A stretch of 64,000 bases of DNA from positions 96,001 to 160,000 of the forward strand of contig CAVUUR010000007.1 of assembly GCA_963744715.1 (NCBI GenBank), given 5' to 3'. Positions 39,560-50,396 of this stretch are shown here, piece after piece. The position numbers and the translations under genes were made by a program. Source of the DNA: an uncultured bacterium. Lineage in GTDB: Bacteria > Babelota > Babeliae > Babelales > JACPOV01. The notes beneath the pieces were generated by a model, which was given only the letters and a program-made list of their open reading frames with translations, made no database searches and was not told the origin of the DNA. How positions within the stretch are numbered: the stretch's first letter is position 1; each line of letters starts with the position of its first letter.

Positions 39560-41023
39560 TTAGCCACCTTTAATAACCGCAATTGGTTCTAAACGCGCTA
39601 CTTTATGTGCAATGTGCGTAGCATGTACCACGTCAACGACATCTTGTACATTTTTATATGCCGCCGGCGCCTCTTCTGCTAATCCTGCATCAGAATCGCA
39701 ACGCACTACAATACCCCGCGCTTCAAGTTCTTGCCGCAAGGTTGATCCGCGTATTGTTTTTTTTGCTTTAATGCGAGACATTCTTCTTCCTGCACCGTGG
39801 CAACAACTACCTAATGATTTTTCCATACTTTCATTAGTTCCGACAAGTACATAGGATGCGGTCCCCATCGTTCCAGGAATCAAAACCGGTTGACCAACCG
39901 TGTGATATTTTGCTGGTAATTCAGGTCTACCTGGCCCAAAAGAACGTGTCGCCCCTTTTCTATGCATTAAAAGTTCTATCAAACTACCATTGATAGTATG
40001 TTTTTCTCGTTTGCCAATATTGTGTGAAACATCATACACTAAAGAAAGTTTTTCTTCTTGTCCAATAACCTTGTGCCATGCCTGGCGCACGCAATGCCCG
40101 ATAAGATGTCTATTTGCCCATGCAAAATTTGATGCTGCCTGCATTGCTGCAAAATATTCTTGTCCTTCGGGGCAATTAAACGGTGCGCATACCAATTCTT
40201 TATCAGGAAGAACGATCCCCCATGAATCTAATTTCGGCATCATCATGCGTACATAATCAGTACAGGTTTGATGGCCAAGCCCACGAGAACCACAATGAAT
40301 CATAATAGTGACCATATCTTCTTTAATGCCAAAAGCTTGCGCGGCTGTTTGGTCAAAAATTTCTGCAACCCGCTGCACTTCTAAAAAATGATTACCAGAA
40401 CCAAGAGTTCCGAGTTGATCACGACCTCGTTCTTTAGCTTTTGCGCTAATTAAATCGGCATTAGCACCCGCCATCATTCCTTTTTCTTCACAATATTCAA
40501 TGTCAGTACCAATGCCGTATTCAAGTTCTAGCATGTATTGCGCGCCCTGTTGCAAAACTTTATTCAGCTCCGGTATTTTTAATTTCAGCTTACCGCCTTG
40601 CCCAACACCGGAAGGAACCGCATGAAATAATGCCGTCGCCAATGATGCAAGATATGGTTGTATATCAGCAGTACTCATCGTAGAAGCCAATAAACGAACC
40701 CCACAATTAATATCATATCCTATGCCGCCCGGAGAAATAACACCATTATGTGCAATTGCAGTACCGGCAACACCACCAATAGGAAAACCGTACCCTTCAT
40801 GAATATCAGGCATAGCATACGCATGTTGCACGATGCCGGGCAACGTTGCTACATTTACTAATTGCTCAAGTGAGCGATCATCAAAAACCTCTTCAAGAAT
40901 TTTTTCATCGGCAAAAAGACGCGCAGGAACTCGCATATCAGAACGATACGATTGTGGAATTTCATAGATGTTTTCATCAACTTTTATAAGATCTTCTTTA
41001 CGTACTTTTATTTTTTCTTCCAT
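39560..41023 (-). CDS. rtcB: RNA ligase RtcB
   Basis: MPDIHEGYGFPIG, GYDINCG, GSGNHF, HCGSRG, HRKGA, PGTMG, HGAGR. Confidence 0.97.
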   Translation of the reverse strand: MEEKIKVRKEDLIKVDENIYEIPQSYRSDMRVPARLFADEKILEEVFDDRSLEQLVNVATLPGIVQHAYAMPDIHEGYGFPIGGVAGTAIAHNGVISPGGIGYDINCGVRLLASTMSTADIQPYLASLATALFHAVPSGVGQGGKLKLKIPELNKVLQQGAQYMLELEYGIGTDIEYCEEKGMMAGANADLISAKAKERGRDQLGTLGSGNHFLEVQRVAEIFDQTAAQAFGIKEDMVTIMIHCGSRGLGHQTCTDYVRMMMPKLDSWGIVLPDKELVCAPFNCPEGQEYFAAMQAASNFAWANRHLIGHCVRQAWHKVIGQEEKLSLVYDVSHNIGKREKHTINGSLIELLMHRKGATRSFGPGRPELPAKYHTVGQPVLIPGTMGTASYVLVGTNESMEKSLGSCCHGAGRRMSRIKAKKTIRGSTLRQELEARGIVVRCDSDAGLAEEAPAAYKNVQDVVDVVHATHIAHKVARLEPIAVIKGG

Positions 41024-41038
41024 TACTCTTCTCCTGCA

Positions 41039-41479
41039 TCAAATATCAAAGACAATATCAGTTTGCCAAACGTTATTTATTTTTTTTATATCAAGATCAT
41101 GATAGGTGACCGCTTTTATTTCAAGCTCAAAACGATCAATATGAATACCACAAACTACGGCATCTACGGTAGTTGATGTTACTGTTTTTATGTGCGCATC
41201 CAAGTATGCTTCATTATAAACATCCGAAAAATAGAGAGCTTCTGATAAAAAATCAACCAGTAACGACGACAAATCCGCCGCTTCAAGTTGTATTGTATGT
41301 TGAATTTCTAATTTTTTACAGACCAGGCGTTCATTAATAAGTTCACACTTATTTGTTTGCGGCCCAATACTTTGAAACATACCGATAAGTGCATTTTTAA
41401 ATAATTCTCCGAGCGTTGATCCGTACACACGAATTTTCAGATCAGCAGTATGGGGAAGTGATTCAAAATCAATAGCCAT
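41039..41479 (-). CDS. archease
   Basis: HTAD at N-terminus, IKAVTYH, C-terminal FDI; directly upstream of rtcB. Confidence 0.93.
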   Translation of the reverse strand: MAIDFESLPHTADLKIRVYGSTLGELFKNALIGMFQSIGPQTNKCELINERLVCKKLEIQHTIQLEAADLSSLLVDFLSEALYFSDVYNEAYLDAHIKTVTSTTVDAVVCGIHIDRFELEIKAVTYHDLDIKKINNVWQTDIVFDI

Positions 41480-41580
41480 AATCTTTTAACTCTCGTAATG
41501 CATACAAATATACGCATACTATATCGATTATGGCTATAATGTAAATAACAAAAGATTCTACGTATAAATTTCAATATCTA

Positions 41581-41877
41581 TCATGGATACCAAACATCAT
41601 CTAGAGCACTATATTGATTAGTATCCTGCGTGTTATATGCCGGTATATACGTAACGCCGCCCCGACAAGGGGTGTCATAGTACATGACCGTTTGTGGTTC
41701 TTGTTTTTTTCCAGCAGTCTTATACTTTTCTTCAGCTGTTAACGTTGTTGCTACATGTGCCATTACGGCAACTTTATTAGTATTATCTTGTTGCTGAGTA
41801 TTAGCATTCTCAACAGAATATACCGGTAATGGTACAAATCCCATTACTATAAGCATTAACGTTTTATGTATAGTCAT
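41581..41877 (-). CDS. hypothetical exported protein
   Basis: GGGGA RBS, signal peptide, 98 aa. Confidence 0.6.
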   Translation of the reverse strand: MTIHKTLMLIVMGFVPLPVYSVENANTQQQDNTNKVAVMAHVATTLTAEEKYKTAGKKQEPQTVMYYDTPCRGGVTYIPAYNTQDTNQYSALDDVWYP

Positions 41878-42094
41878 AAAATCCCCAAAAAAACTTGTGT
41901 AATTAAAAAAATATATAAATAAAAAATAATTGAAATTTATAATCGTTTTTCAGTAATTTGTCAACGAGAATCACTAGTTACATTAATGTTATAATGTTCT
42001 GTACATAAAAAATAAAAATAGATTGATCATACATCATTAACTTTTTACACTAACATTATTCACCTACTTAGTATAAAAAAAAATAAGAACATAT

Positions 42095-42532
42095 ATGGCT
42101 CTCCTTATTAAAGAAATTTTACCGTCACTTCTGCCATCTGAACGTCAATGGCAAATACAGTTACTACAAAAATGGGAAATCATTTTGGGTAATTTAAAAA
42201 CACGTGTCGTTCTTGAAAAGATTCAGCATGATACCTTAGTTCTTGGGGTATATGATGCAAGTTGGATGCAGGAACTTTATCTACTTTCTCCACTTATTTT
42301 AGAAACTATTAACAAAAATCTAGATCAATCACCCATAAAACAATTACGTTTTAAACAAGCACACCGCAAAAAAGTAGTGCATAAAAAAAATATAGTAAAA
42401 CATAAAAAAGAATATACAACAGAACCTATTATGAACTCGAAACAGCACGATGCCTTAAAACAAATTATGGATCCAGAATTAAAATCAGCATTATATAATT
42501 TTTTAATACGATGCTGTAAGGAGAATGTATGA
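42095..42532 (+). CDS. DciA/DUF721 helicase-loader-like protein
   Basis: W..ILG, LVLGV..ASWMQEL, IN......IKQLRF pattern. Confidence 0.75.
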   Translation: MALLIKEILPSLLPSERQWQIQLLQKWEIILGNLKTRVVLEKIQHDTLVLGVYDASWMQELYLLSPLILETINKNLDQSPIKQLRFKQAHRKKVVHKKNIVKHKKEYTTEPIMNSKQHDALKQIMDPELKSALYNFLIRCCKENV

Positions 42533-44172
42533 AATATGGTATTAACATCTTGCATCTCATGGTTCTCATATCATGTATAAGTACTATTATTGCTGATAAT
42601 TATGATCAGCATTATCATCTTTATTTATGGGGTTATTATAACCAATTGCAAACAAACTTTAGCGTAGCTGAAGAATGCTATAATAAAATTTTTAATTCTT
42701 CTGGCTCCATATATGCTTATACTGGTTATTTAGATCTTTTGTTTGCGACCAAGCGTTATAACAGTATTGCTCAATTAATGCCGCGCCTGGAACATCATAT
42801 TAATACTATACCAACACAACTCATTTTTATTAAAACATTAGAAAATATTGGCAACCAAGAAGAAGCTGATAAAAAAATGATTGCACTAAGCGCACAAGGA
42901 AAACAAAATACAGAGATTATCTATAATACGGCACTTGCACAAGTTAGAATGAATGATCCGTTAAAAGCAATTGCTACTATTGATGAATATTTACAAAACG
43001 TACCCGAAAAAATGGAAACCTTTATTTTCTATTTTCTTAAAGCACAAATTTACATGCGTATCTATAGACAAAATGATGCAGCCGTTATGGTCAAAAAATG
43101 CCTAGAGCTTAATCCATTGTTTCAAGAAGGTTGGCTTTTTTCCGGCATAATTCATGAATTGCAAGGAAATATTGATCAAGCAATTCGCGGTTATCAAAAA
43201 TTTTTAACCTTTGTTCAGCATGATCAGGCTGTCGAGCAACAATTAATGCTACTGCTCATGAAACAACAGCAACAAAGTATTCACGCAACTGAAACCAATG
43301 CTTTCGAACACGCAATTAATCTCTATAAAGAAAAAAAATATGCCGACGCTTTAACTACAATTGATACTTATTTAAAAAAAAATCCGATCGATGTGCAAGC
43401 ACGTCTTTTTAAAATTGAACTACTCTGTACGCTTTCGCAATCAAGTAATGCACTCAATTTATTGAAACAGTGGATTAATAATGATCAAAAAAATGAGGTT
43501 TGGTTTCGAACCCTTCATCTGCTTTATTTAGCAGGAGTTAATCAAGATAAAATAATAGAACTATTACAAGAAATAGAAAAAAATAAATCCGATTCTATAA
43601 TGCCATTATTATATTTGGCAGATATTTATCTAAAAAAACATGACACACAAAAATCACAAGAATATTTAATTAAAGGATTATCGCTGACGGATAATGGAAT
43701 GCTGAAAGCAAAAATAGCGTATCAGTTAATGATAATTTATCTTGAACAAAAAAATAGTGACGCATTAAAAGAAGTTATAGCCAAGCATGAGCATTATGCG
43801 AAAGATTTTCCTCCTCTCTTAAACTTACTTGCTTACTATTATGCAACAAAGGGGCACAATGTCCCAAAGGCTCAAAAATATATACAACAGGCATTAGTTG
43901 ATAATGCAGAAAATGTACATTTTTTAGATACACAGGCATTAATTTTGTATAAAGAAAATAACTATCAAAAAGCAAAAACATTACTAACAACGTTATTAGA
44001 TCAAGCTCCCGATGATTTTTTTATTATATATCACCTGAGCAAAACGCATTACAAAATGGGTGATACAGCACAAGCAATAGATCTCATGGCAAAAGCATAT
44101 AGCAAGGCACCTTCATATAAAAAAAATACTTGTGAAGCATTACTTAAACAATGGAAGCAACGTTCATCATGA
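42529..44172 (+). CDS. tetratricopeptide-repeat protein
   Basis: Repeated TPR helices; LNLLAYYY, FLDTQA, YHLSK motifs; signal peptide. Confidence 0.85.
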   Translation: MKYGINILHLMVLISCISTIIADNYDQHYHLYLWGYYNQLQTNFSVAEECYNKIFNSSGSIYAYTGYLDLLFATKRYNSIAQLMPRLEHHINTIPTQLIFIKTLENIGNQEEADKKMIALSAQGKQNTEIIYNTALAQVRMNDPLKAIATIDEYLQNVPEKMETFIFYFLKAQIYMRIYRQNDAAVMVKKCLELNPLFQEGWLFSGIIHELQGNIDQAIRGYQKFLTFVQHDQAVEQQLMLLLMKQQQQSIHATETNAFEHAINLYKEKKYADALTTIDTYLKKNPIDVQARLFKIELLCTLSQSSNALNLLKQWINNDQKNEVWFRTLHLLYLAGVNQDKIIELLQEIEKNKSDSIMPLLYLADIYLKKHDTQKSQEYLIKGLSLTDNGMLKAKIAYQLMIIYLEQKNSDALKEVIAKHEHYAKDFPPLLNLLAYYYATKGHNVPKAQKYIQQALVDNAENVHFLDTQALILYKENNYQKAKTLLTTLLDQAPDDFFIIYHLSKTHYKMGDTAQAIDLMAKAYSKAPSYKKNTCEALLKQWKQRSS

Positions 44173-45191
44173 ATAACAAAAAAACACTGTGCCTAGTAGC
44201 CGGTAGATCTGGCGGACATATTATTCCCTGTTTAACACTTGCTGAAAAATATTTACAGCAAAAACAATATACTGCTTTTATTTTTTTTACATCAAAAAAA
44301 AATCTTGATCACCGTATCATTGCTAACTACTCTTGTATTGATCAAATTATCTCATTATCTCTTGAAAATATTCCTTATAAGCAACCATGGAAGTATCCTT
44401 TATATATAATTTCTTTTTTATGGTCATGTTTTGTTAGTATTTATAGATTGTGGGAAATAAAACCTGAAAAAATTATTAGCACGGGTGGCTATATAGCACT
44501 TCCTGTTTGTATTGCAGGAAGGTTATTAAAAATACCTATTGAGCTTTGGGAATTAAATGCTATCCCCGGAAAATCCGCACTGTTATTAGCGCGTTTTTCA
44601 ACAACTATTAACACCTGTTTTAAAGAAGCGCAACATTATTTTCCATTTGCTACCTGCACCATGAATGAATATCCCATACGATTTGAAAAGCATAGTTCTC
44701 TTTCTAACAAAACCTTCACTAAGCCTATAATTATATTAATATTAGGTGGATCGCAAGGATCTCAATTTCTCAATACACTTATGCAAAAATGGCTTATTAC
44801 TGCACATGATCTTTTTTCGCATATTCATATCATTCATCAAACGGGTAATAATTTTTTGGATGCAGTAAAAAAATTCTATCGTGATAACGATATTTCAGCA
44901 GATGTTTTTGACTTTGACGATCAACTCTATCAGTACTATCAGCAAGCTACCATCGTTATTTGCCGAGCCGGAGCGGGAACGTTATTTGAAACAGTTTTTT
45001 TTAAGAAACCTTGTATTACGATTCCTCTTGAGACCAAACAAACCAATCATCAATATGCCAATGCCTGTTCGTTGGCTGAGCAATACCCTAATATTATTAC
45101 TGTTTTTCGCCAACACGATATCGATGTTAATTCTGCATCATTTTTTTCAACGTTACGAAATTACATCACGAAAGCCATTGAGACGGCTTAG
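44169..45191 (+). CDS. murG: UDP-GlcNAc:lipid I transferase
   Basis: GRSGGHIIP, TGGY, ELNAIPG, GGSQGS, HQTG, CRAGAGT, HQYANA. Confidence 0.93.
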   Translation: MNNKKTLCLVAGRSGGHIIPCLTLAEKYLQQKQYTAFIFFTSKKNLDHRIIANYSCIDQIISLSLENIPYKQPWKYPLYIISFLWSCFVSIYRLWEIKPEKIISTGGYIALPVCIAGRLLKIPIELWELNAIPGKSALLLARFSTTINTCFKEAQHYFPFATCTMNEYPIRFEKHSSLSNKTFTKPIIILILGGSQGSQFLNTLMQKWLITAHDLFSHIHIIHQTGNNFLDAVKKFYRDNDISADVFDFDDQLYQYYQQATIVICRAGAGTLFETVFFKKPCITIPLETKQTNHQYANACSLAEQYPNIITVFRQHDIDVNSASFFSTLRNYITKAIETA

Positions 45192-47085
45192 CGCCAAGCC
45201 CATAAATATAATAATTAATACCTGCTTTGCGTATAATAGGATAATTTTCGATACTAATCGGCCCAGAAATAAACATATCGAAAATATGTTGTCCTTGACT
45301 TGAAAAAGTTCTTCCAGATGGCTGAGCAGTCGGATTAACAAATAATCCTTTATTGCCTTTTTGTTGCATATATTCTTTGATAGTAGCGGTAACGGCATTT
45401 TTATTAGTTGGATATGAGCTAATCCATTGGGGGATTTTTTCTGCTATTTCTTTCTGAACCGCATCTTGCAAGGTAATCTGGCCCGCAGAATTTTTTATGT
45501 AATAACTATCATCAAAATAAAATGCATTAATTAATTGATCAATTCTCAATTCAGCTGGCTCCACATAATAATAAAACGTATCTTCCGTGATACCATGCGG
45601 TGTAAAATAATCGGCTAATAGCAGATACCCAATAACACCAGAATTATCTTTTCCCTTCGTATCATCAATAATATTATTTTTTTTTGTCTCCATTAATCCA
45701 TGTTTTAGCGATTGCGTAATAGCGGTAGAAATTGATTCCGGTGCTATTTTACCACTACTTAATCTATCAAGAAATTGTTGAGCTTTTTTATCATCTTGCG
45801 TATTTAATAGCACACCGTATAACCATGCTTCTTTTTCTGCAATTTGTGGGCGAATAAGTTCAAAATCGAGCACAGATCCCCGAGCAACTTTTTTTACTAC
45901 CGTAAAATCATGTGTTTTATAGGTAACCCACAACGTTTCTGGCGTATCAAAAGGAATAGCAGAATAATCTTCTTTTGCTTGATTTTCTGACATTTTTTTA
46001 TCAATTGCTTCTGCTTGCGCTGCCGATTGATACCAAATATGGCACTCAACTGGATTAATATCGCGAACACGTTCAGTCGGCTGCTTAAAATTACCAACAG
46101 AAAGTCCCTGCATACCAATAGATAATGCGCCTTTATTATCGTATACCTCATAGGTATACATCATAGAACCGGCAGGATCATATTTTTTTGTTTTTTCATC
46201 AAATGAAACATTGGCTATTCCCTCGGAAGCAATCGGTAAATAACCAATAACGTTGTCTTTATGTGCAAACACAAATGCACGCTTTTCATCTTTTGCTGGC
46301 CTAATAGAAGTTGGCTTACCCGTCGTTGACTGTAATAAACTGAAGGATTCCGGCTCTAATGAGACCGTATACGATTTTTCATCTTTTGAAAATGTTAAAG
46401 TAACATCATTGGCTGTGGAGCTATTATAAAAAGTGCCAATGAATTCTTGCGTTGTTGCTTTTATACCTAAGTACTCACCTTTAACCTGTCCTGCATCAGT
46501 ATAGGTTCGATAATAATAAATATTATCATCATGAGCTGGCCATGGATAAATATCTTGGCGCAATAAACTATATTTTTTCAATTTTTCTGTTGTAACGATC
46601 CCTCCAAAAAGTCCTTTAATTATTGCCTCGCCTCCACCACCAATATTCAAATTTTCAGTTCCTTTTGGGCTGGTAGAATATTGTTGAATATCAGCTCGTC
46701 CAGCATCAGCACAAAGCCACACGCTAATGTATAATTGTTGTTTATAAAAAGTTGTTCCGCTGGTATCATTCGGCATAACAACCGCACTGTTTGCAAGATT
46801 TCCTGAAAAATCTGCCCCCAATACCGGTGTGACATGTTGAATAGCAACGAAAATAGGTGCCGGCGCATCATTCCATGCTAGTAAGCTATAATGATAGTCG
46901 GCAGTAACAAAACCAAAACTTTGTCCCATTCCTTTAATAAAACCTGATGCACCATCCCATGTATTTTGCGCCGTCGTAACTACCTGATTTTTTATGTCAT
47001 TCCATTTTTGATCCACATCACGAGAATAAATGGAAACACTGTGTATTAATAAAAAGAAATATAACATTGTTAATATTTGTTTCAT
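45166..47085 (-). CDS. large hypothetical exported protein
   Basis: AAGGAG RBS before ATG 47085; signal peptide; ~640-aa ORF with no recognised domain. Confidence 0.75.
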   Translation of the reverse strand: MKQILTMLYFFLLIHSVSIYSRDVDQKWNDIKNQVVTTAQNTWDGASGFIKGMGQSFGFVTADYHYSLLAWNDAPAPIFVAIQHVTPVLGADFSGNLANSAVVMPNDTSGTTFYKQQLYISVWLCADAGRADIQQYSTSPKGTENLNIGGGGEAIIKGLFGGIVTTEKLKKYSLLRQDIYPWPAHDDNIYYYRTYTDAGQVKGEYLGIKATTQEFIGTFYNSSTANDVTLTFSKDEKSYTVSLEPESFSLLQSTTGKPTSIRPAKDEKRAFVFAHKDNVIGYLPIASEGIANVSFDEKTKKYDPAGSMMYTYEVYDNKGALSIGMQGLSVGNFKQPTERVRDINPVECHIWYQSAAQAEAIDKKMSENQAKEDYSAIPFDTPETLWVTYKTHDFTVVKKVARGSVLDFELIRPQIAEKEAWLYGVLLNTQDDKKAQQFLDRLSSGKIAPESISTAITQSLKHGLMETKKNNIIDDTKGKDNSGVIGYLLLADYFTPHGITEDTFYYYVEPAELRIDQLINAFYFDDSYYIKNSAGQITLQDAVQKEIAEKIPQWISSYPTNKNAVTATIKEYMQQKGNKGLFVNPTAQPSGRTFSSQGQHIFDMFISGPISIENYPIIRKAGINYYIYGLGAKPSQWLS

Positions 47086-47325
47086 AATAACTCCTTTTTG
47101 GGAAAACATCAGTTAGTGTATCAAACTATATCAGGCAATTGTTATGATATTCGATAGTTCAATAATACTTTTTATATTATCTTCTAATACTTTAATTATT
47201 GTAAAAAAATTCTATCTAAAAAAATCTCTTTAAAAAAAATAATTTCTCTTGATTTGCTCAATCGTTGTGCTAGGTTCTAAAAAATAAAATGAAGCACAAT
47301 GTTTAGTAAAAAAAGAGAGTGAGTA

Positions 47326-49359
47326 GTGATGAAGAGATTCTTTTTTGTATGCATGATACTTTTTACACCATTCAGATTTTTTGCGCATTCCAGTACCGAT
47401 TATATACCCAAGTATGGTAATAACAATTATCCACAAATAACTGGGCACACTTCTACATCTTATCAAAAAAATAATGGAAATGTTCTTTTACAAGCTCTTA
47501 AAAAAATAGCAGAGCCCGCAGCTGTTCTAGCTTTTTTAGTATGCTGTGCATACGAATGGTGGAAGGGAGAAAAAGAATTAAAAGATCCGTATAAAAAAGA
47601 TCGGAATTATGATAAAGAACTGCGCAATCGGTTAGAGCAAGAATATCCTAAGCTGCTTGCACTTGCTCATACATCTAACTATGATAGCGTACCCCCTCAT
47701 GTAATCAAGCAGCGATTGAATAGTTTAATAGTGCATACTAATAATCATGCTACGTATGAAATCAGTACAAAAACATTCTTGTTATCTGCATCAGCACAAC
47801 AACTATTAGGCGAACATAATCTTCCAATCAATACATACCAAACATTGCGAGGATCGACCTTGCAGCATACTATCCATACGGAATGCTTGCAGGTTATTGA
47901 TAGTATTGCAGGTACGAGCGTAACGCAAACCAATAATTTTCTAATGTCATTCGTTGAACTGAGCAGACAACATAATTATGCCGGCATGGTTACCGATGCA
48001 CTTAACCTCCTTGATGTGTGTTGGTCTTTTATGCGATCGACTGCGCTCGCCATCGGCGAAGGTATTTTGGAAGAAATCAATGCTACTAAAACTGCAATAA
48101 GCAACGCAATTACTAATCCACAAGGTGCTGTGATTGAATTAGTAACCAGTGCAAAAAATACTGCCTATGGTTTAATGCACGCTATTAAAAAATATCCAGC
48201 ATTATTTTCTGTTGTAGTACTACCAGGCCATGAACCATTACTTGCTGCAGGTGAATTAGTTAACTTGGGAAATTCTTTTCGACACTATTCTATTAATAAT
48301 TCTGAAGAATTATTAGGAATAATAGCATCGACACAACATACCCTTAATAATTACAAAAGTCCTCCTCTGGCATTTGCACAAAGCATAGAAAATACCGCGC
48401 ATTGTTTAGTTCGTTTCATTAAACAACATCAATCACTTATTTCGATTTTACAAGAGAATTATAAGAAACAAGCATTAACCCTCACTCAAGAAGTGAGCCG
48501 AACCGCACATGCATTACAATTGTATTGCGTCAATAATCCGTATGATGCACTCAAACAGAGTTCACGTTTGGTTACACAAACTGTTCTGTTGCCTGCAACA
48601 GCCCATTGTTTGAATAAAATTTTTACGGCTGCGTATCATAAGATTCCTGCCTATGTTGAAAAAATAAAACAAGGCAGCAGCGCACTCACCGCACAAGAAG
48701 TACCGGTTGCTGTTGCATTGCAAACAACTGAAATTATTACACCAGCTGCATTACAAGAAGAATTTGTGGTGTTAGCAAATACGGTTCAAGAAGAAACCGC
48801 TGCTGGATCACTCGTCAGTAGTATTCCATTAGTTCAAGACCTTGTAACAAATTTAACGGTGCTTTTAGAACCAGTGAGACAAAAATTGCCGCAGTTCAAA
48901 CAAATGTTTGATAATACACGAAAAGGATTTGGTGAGTTTGCTACTAAATATATTAAAATTCCTTATAATCATATTTTAGGTATTGATTGGACTATCGATG
49001 CAAAGGGCATAGCAAAGTGGTTCGGGTTTCATCATGACCTTATGGGCGCTATTGAAAAAAGTAAGCTTGTGCAATTCGTGAATAAAGTTGTACACAGTAA
49101 CGGATTCTACACTGCAGATGTTATTATTAATGGTATTCAACAGCCTAAAACTTTTTTCCCGCAACATTGGTCGCACGAAAAGGTAATTAGTAAAGTTCTG
49201 GAGGCATATGACAATTTCATCAAGAATGGCGCTAAAAATTACAAATTAAATAAAGATGGCAAATATATTTTAACCGGATTCATTGAGGAAGGCATAGAAA
49301 TCAAAATGTATATCACTAAAAAAGGTCAAATAACAACCGCTTACCCAATATTGACCTGA
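47326..49359 (+). CDS. polymorphic toxin with C-terminal bacterial EndoU nuclease domain
   Basis: HILG...GFHH...KTFFPQHWS..KV...AY...ITTAYP; N-terminal signal peptide and long helical region; followed by small immunity-like genes. Confidence 0.85.
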   Translation: MMKRFFFVCMILFTPFRFFAHSSTDYIPKYGNNNYPQITGHTSTSYQKNNGNVLLQALKKIAEPAAVLAFLVCCAYEWWKGEKELKDPYKKDRNYDKELRNRLEQEYPKLLALAHTSNYDSVPPHVIKQRLNSLIVHTNNHATYEISTKTFLLSASAQQLLGEHNLPINTYQTLRGSTLQHTIHTECLQVIDSIAGTSVTQTNNFLMSFVELSRQHNYAGMVTDALNLLDVCWSFMRSTALAIGEGILEEINATKTAISNAITNPQGAVIELVTSAKNTAYGLMHAIKKYPALFSVVVLPGHEPLLAAGELVNLGNSFRHYSINNSEELLGIIASTQHTLNNYKSPPLAFAQSIENTAHCLVRFIKQHQSLISILQENYKKQALTLTQEVSRTAHALQLYCVNNPYDALKQSSRLVTQTVLLPATAHCLNKIFTAAYHKIPAYVEKIKQGSSALTAQEVPVAVALQTTEIITPAALQEEFVVLANTVQEETAAGSLVSSIPLVQDLVTNLTVLLEPVRQKLPQFKQMFDNTRKGFGEFATKYIKIPYNHILGIDWTIDAKGIAKWFGFHHDLMGAIEKSKLVQFVNKVVHSNGFYTADVIINGIQQPKTFFPQHWSHEKVISKVLEAYDNFIKNGAKNYKLNKDGKYILTGFIEEGIEIKMYITKKGQITTAYPILT

Positions 49360-49373
49360 AAATAAGGAAATCA

Positions 49374-49754
49374 ATGAATAATTTTTTTAAACTAATGCTG
49401 ACAGAAAACTATTATTGTTATGATGATGCCGATACCGTAGAGATGTGTATTTTAAGCCGCTTTTTAACATCTGATGTTTACTGCTTTGGCTCACGGTATA
49501 AAGAATGGGCACTTTTTGATACTCAATATACTAAGTATGGAGGTAACATAACTTTTCTTGAAAAAAAAGATGGATACATTATTATCAGTGATCAATATTC
49601 TGAAGAACCGGATGGGGGACCTTATTTTCCTATCGAACAACCGGAGTTTGTAAAACTTCTTGATGAATGGGAAAATATTTGCAAACAAAACCCTAAACCA
49701 CAAGAAATTCTCATTACGTATGATGGCAAGCATTTCACGTTTGCTTGTAAATAA
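49374..49754 (+). CDS. putative cognate immunity protein
   Basis: 126-aa ORF with AAGGA RBS directly after the toxin; two paralogs downstream. Confidence 0.75.
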   Translation: MNNFFKLMLTENYYCYDDADTVEMCILSRFLTSDVYCFGSRYKEWALFDTQYTKYGGNITFLEKKDGYIIISDQYSEEPDGGPYFPIEQPEFVKLLDEWENICKQNPKPQEILITYDGKHFTFACK

Positions 49755-49755
49755 T

Positions 49756-49971
49756 CCTAAAACTTTTTTCCCTCAACATTGGCCACGAGAAAAAGTGATC
49801 AGTAAGATTCTTGAAGCCTAGGACCATTTCATTAAAACTGGCGCAAAAAATTACAAATTACAACCTAATGGTAAATATTTGGTGACAGGATTCACTGATG
49901 AAGGTATAAAAATAGAAATGTATATTACTAAAAAAGGGCAGATAACAACCGCTTACCCGGTACTAGAATGA
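49756..49971 (+). pseudogene. orphan EndoU toxin C-terminal fragment
   Basis: PKTFFPQHWPREKVISKILEA*DHFIKTGAKNYKLQPNGKYLVTGFTDEGIKIEMYITKKGQITTAYPVLE; no start codon; TAG at 49819-49821. Confidence 0.85.
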
Positions 49972-49981
49972 GGATAATTTA

Positions 49982-50365
49982 ATGAAAAAAAATTATTTAA
50001 AAATTGTTACCCATGGTCTTTCTAGTTACGAACATACAGATACTAGGGAAATGTGTATACTTGGATGTTTTTTAACATCAGATGTTTATTGTTTTGGTCC
50101 ATCAACGTATAAAGAATGGGCACTTTTCGATACTGAATATGCTAAGTATGGAGGCAATATAACTTCTCTTGAAAAAAAAGATGGATACATTATTGTCAGT
50201 GATCAATATTCTGAAGAACCTGATTGGGGACCTTATTTTCCCATCGAACAATCAGAGTTTGTAAAACTTCTTGATGAATCGGAAAAGATTTGCAAACAAA
50301 ATCCTAAGCCACAAGAAATTCTTGTTACGTACGACGGAAAACATTTCACGTTTGCTTGCAAATAA
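49982..50365 (+). CDS. putative immunity protein (paralog 2)
   Basis: Very similar to 49374..49754 (FLTSDVYCFG, KEWALFDT, KYGGN, TYDGKHFTFACK) except at the N-terminus. Confidence 0.78.
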   Translation: MKKNYLKIVTHGLSSYEHTDTREMCILGCFLTSDVYCFGPSTYKEWALFDTEYAKYGGNITSLEKKDGYIIVSDQYSEEPDWGPYFPIEQSEFVKLLDESEKICKQNPKPQEILVTYDGKHFTFACK

Positions 50366-50396
50366 TTATAAACCTACTTAACTATTAGGATTACCA

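Noticed and set aside
47427..47435. DnaA box TTATCCACA
   Set aside because: Single copy inside a coding sequence; expected by chance.
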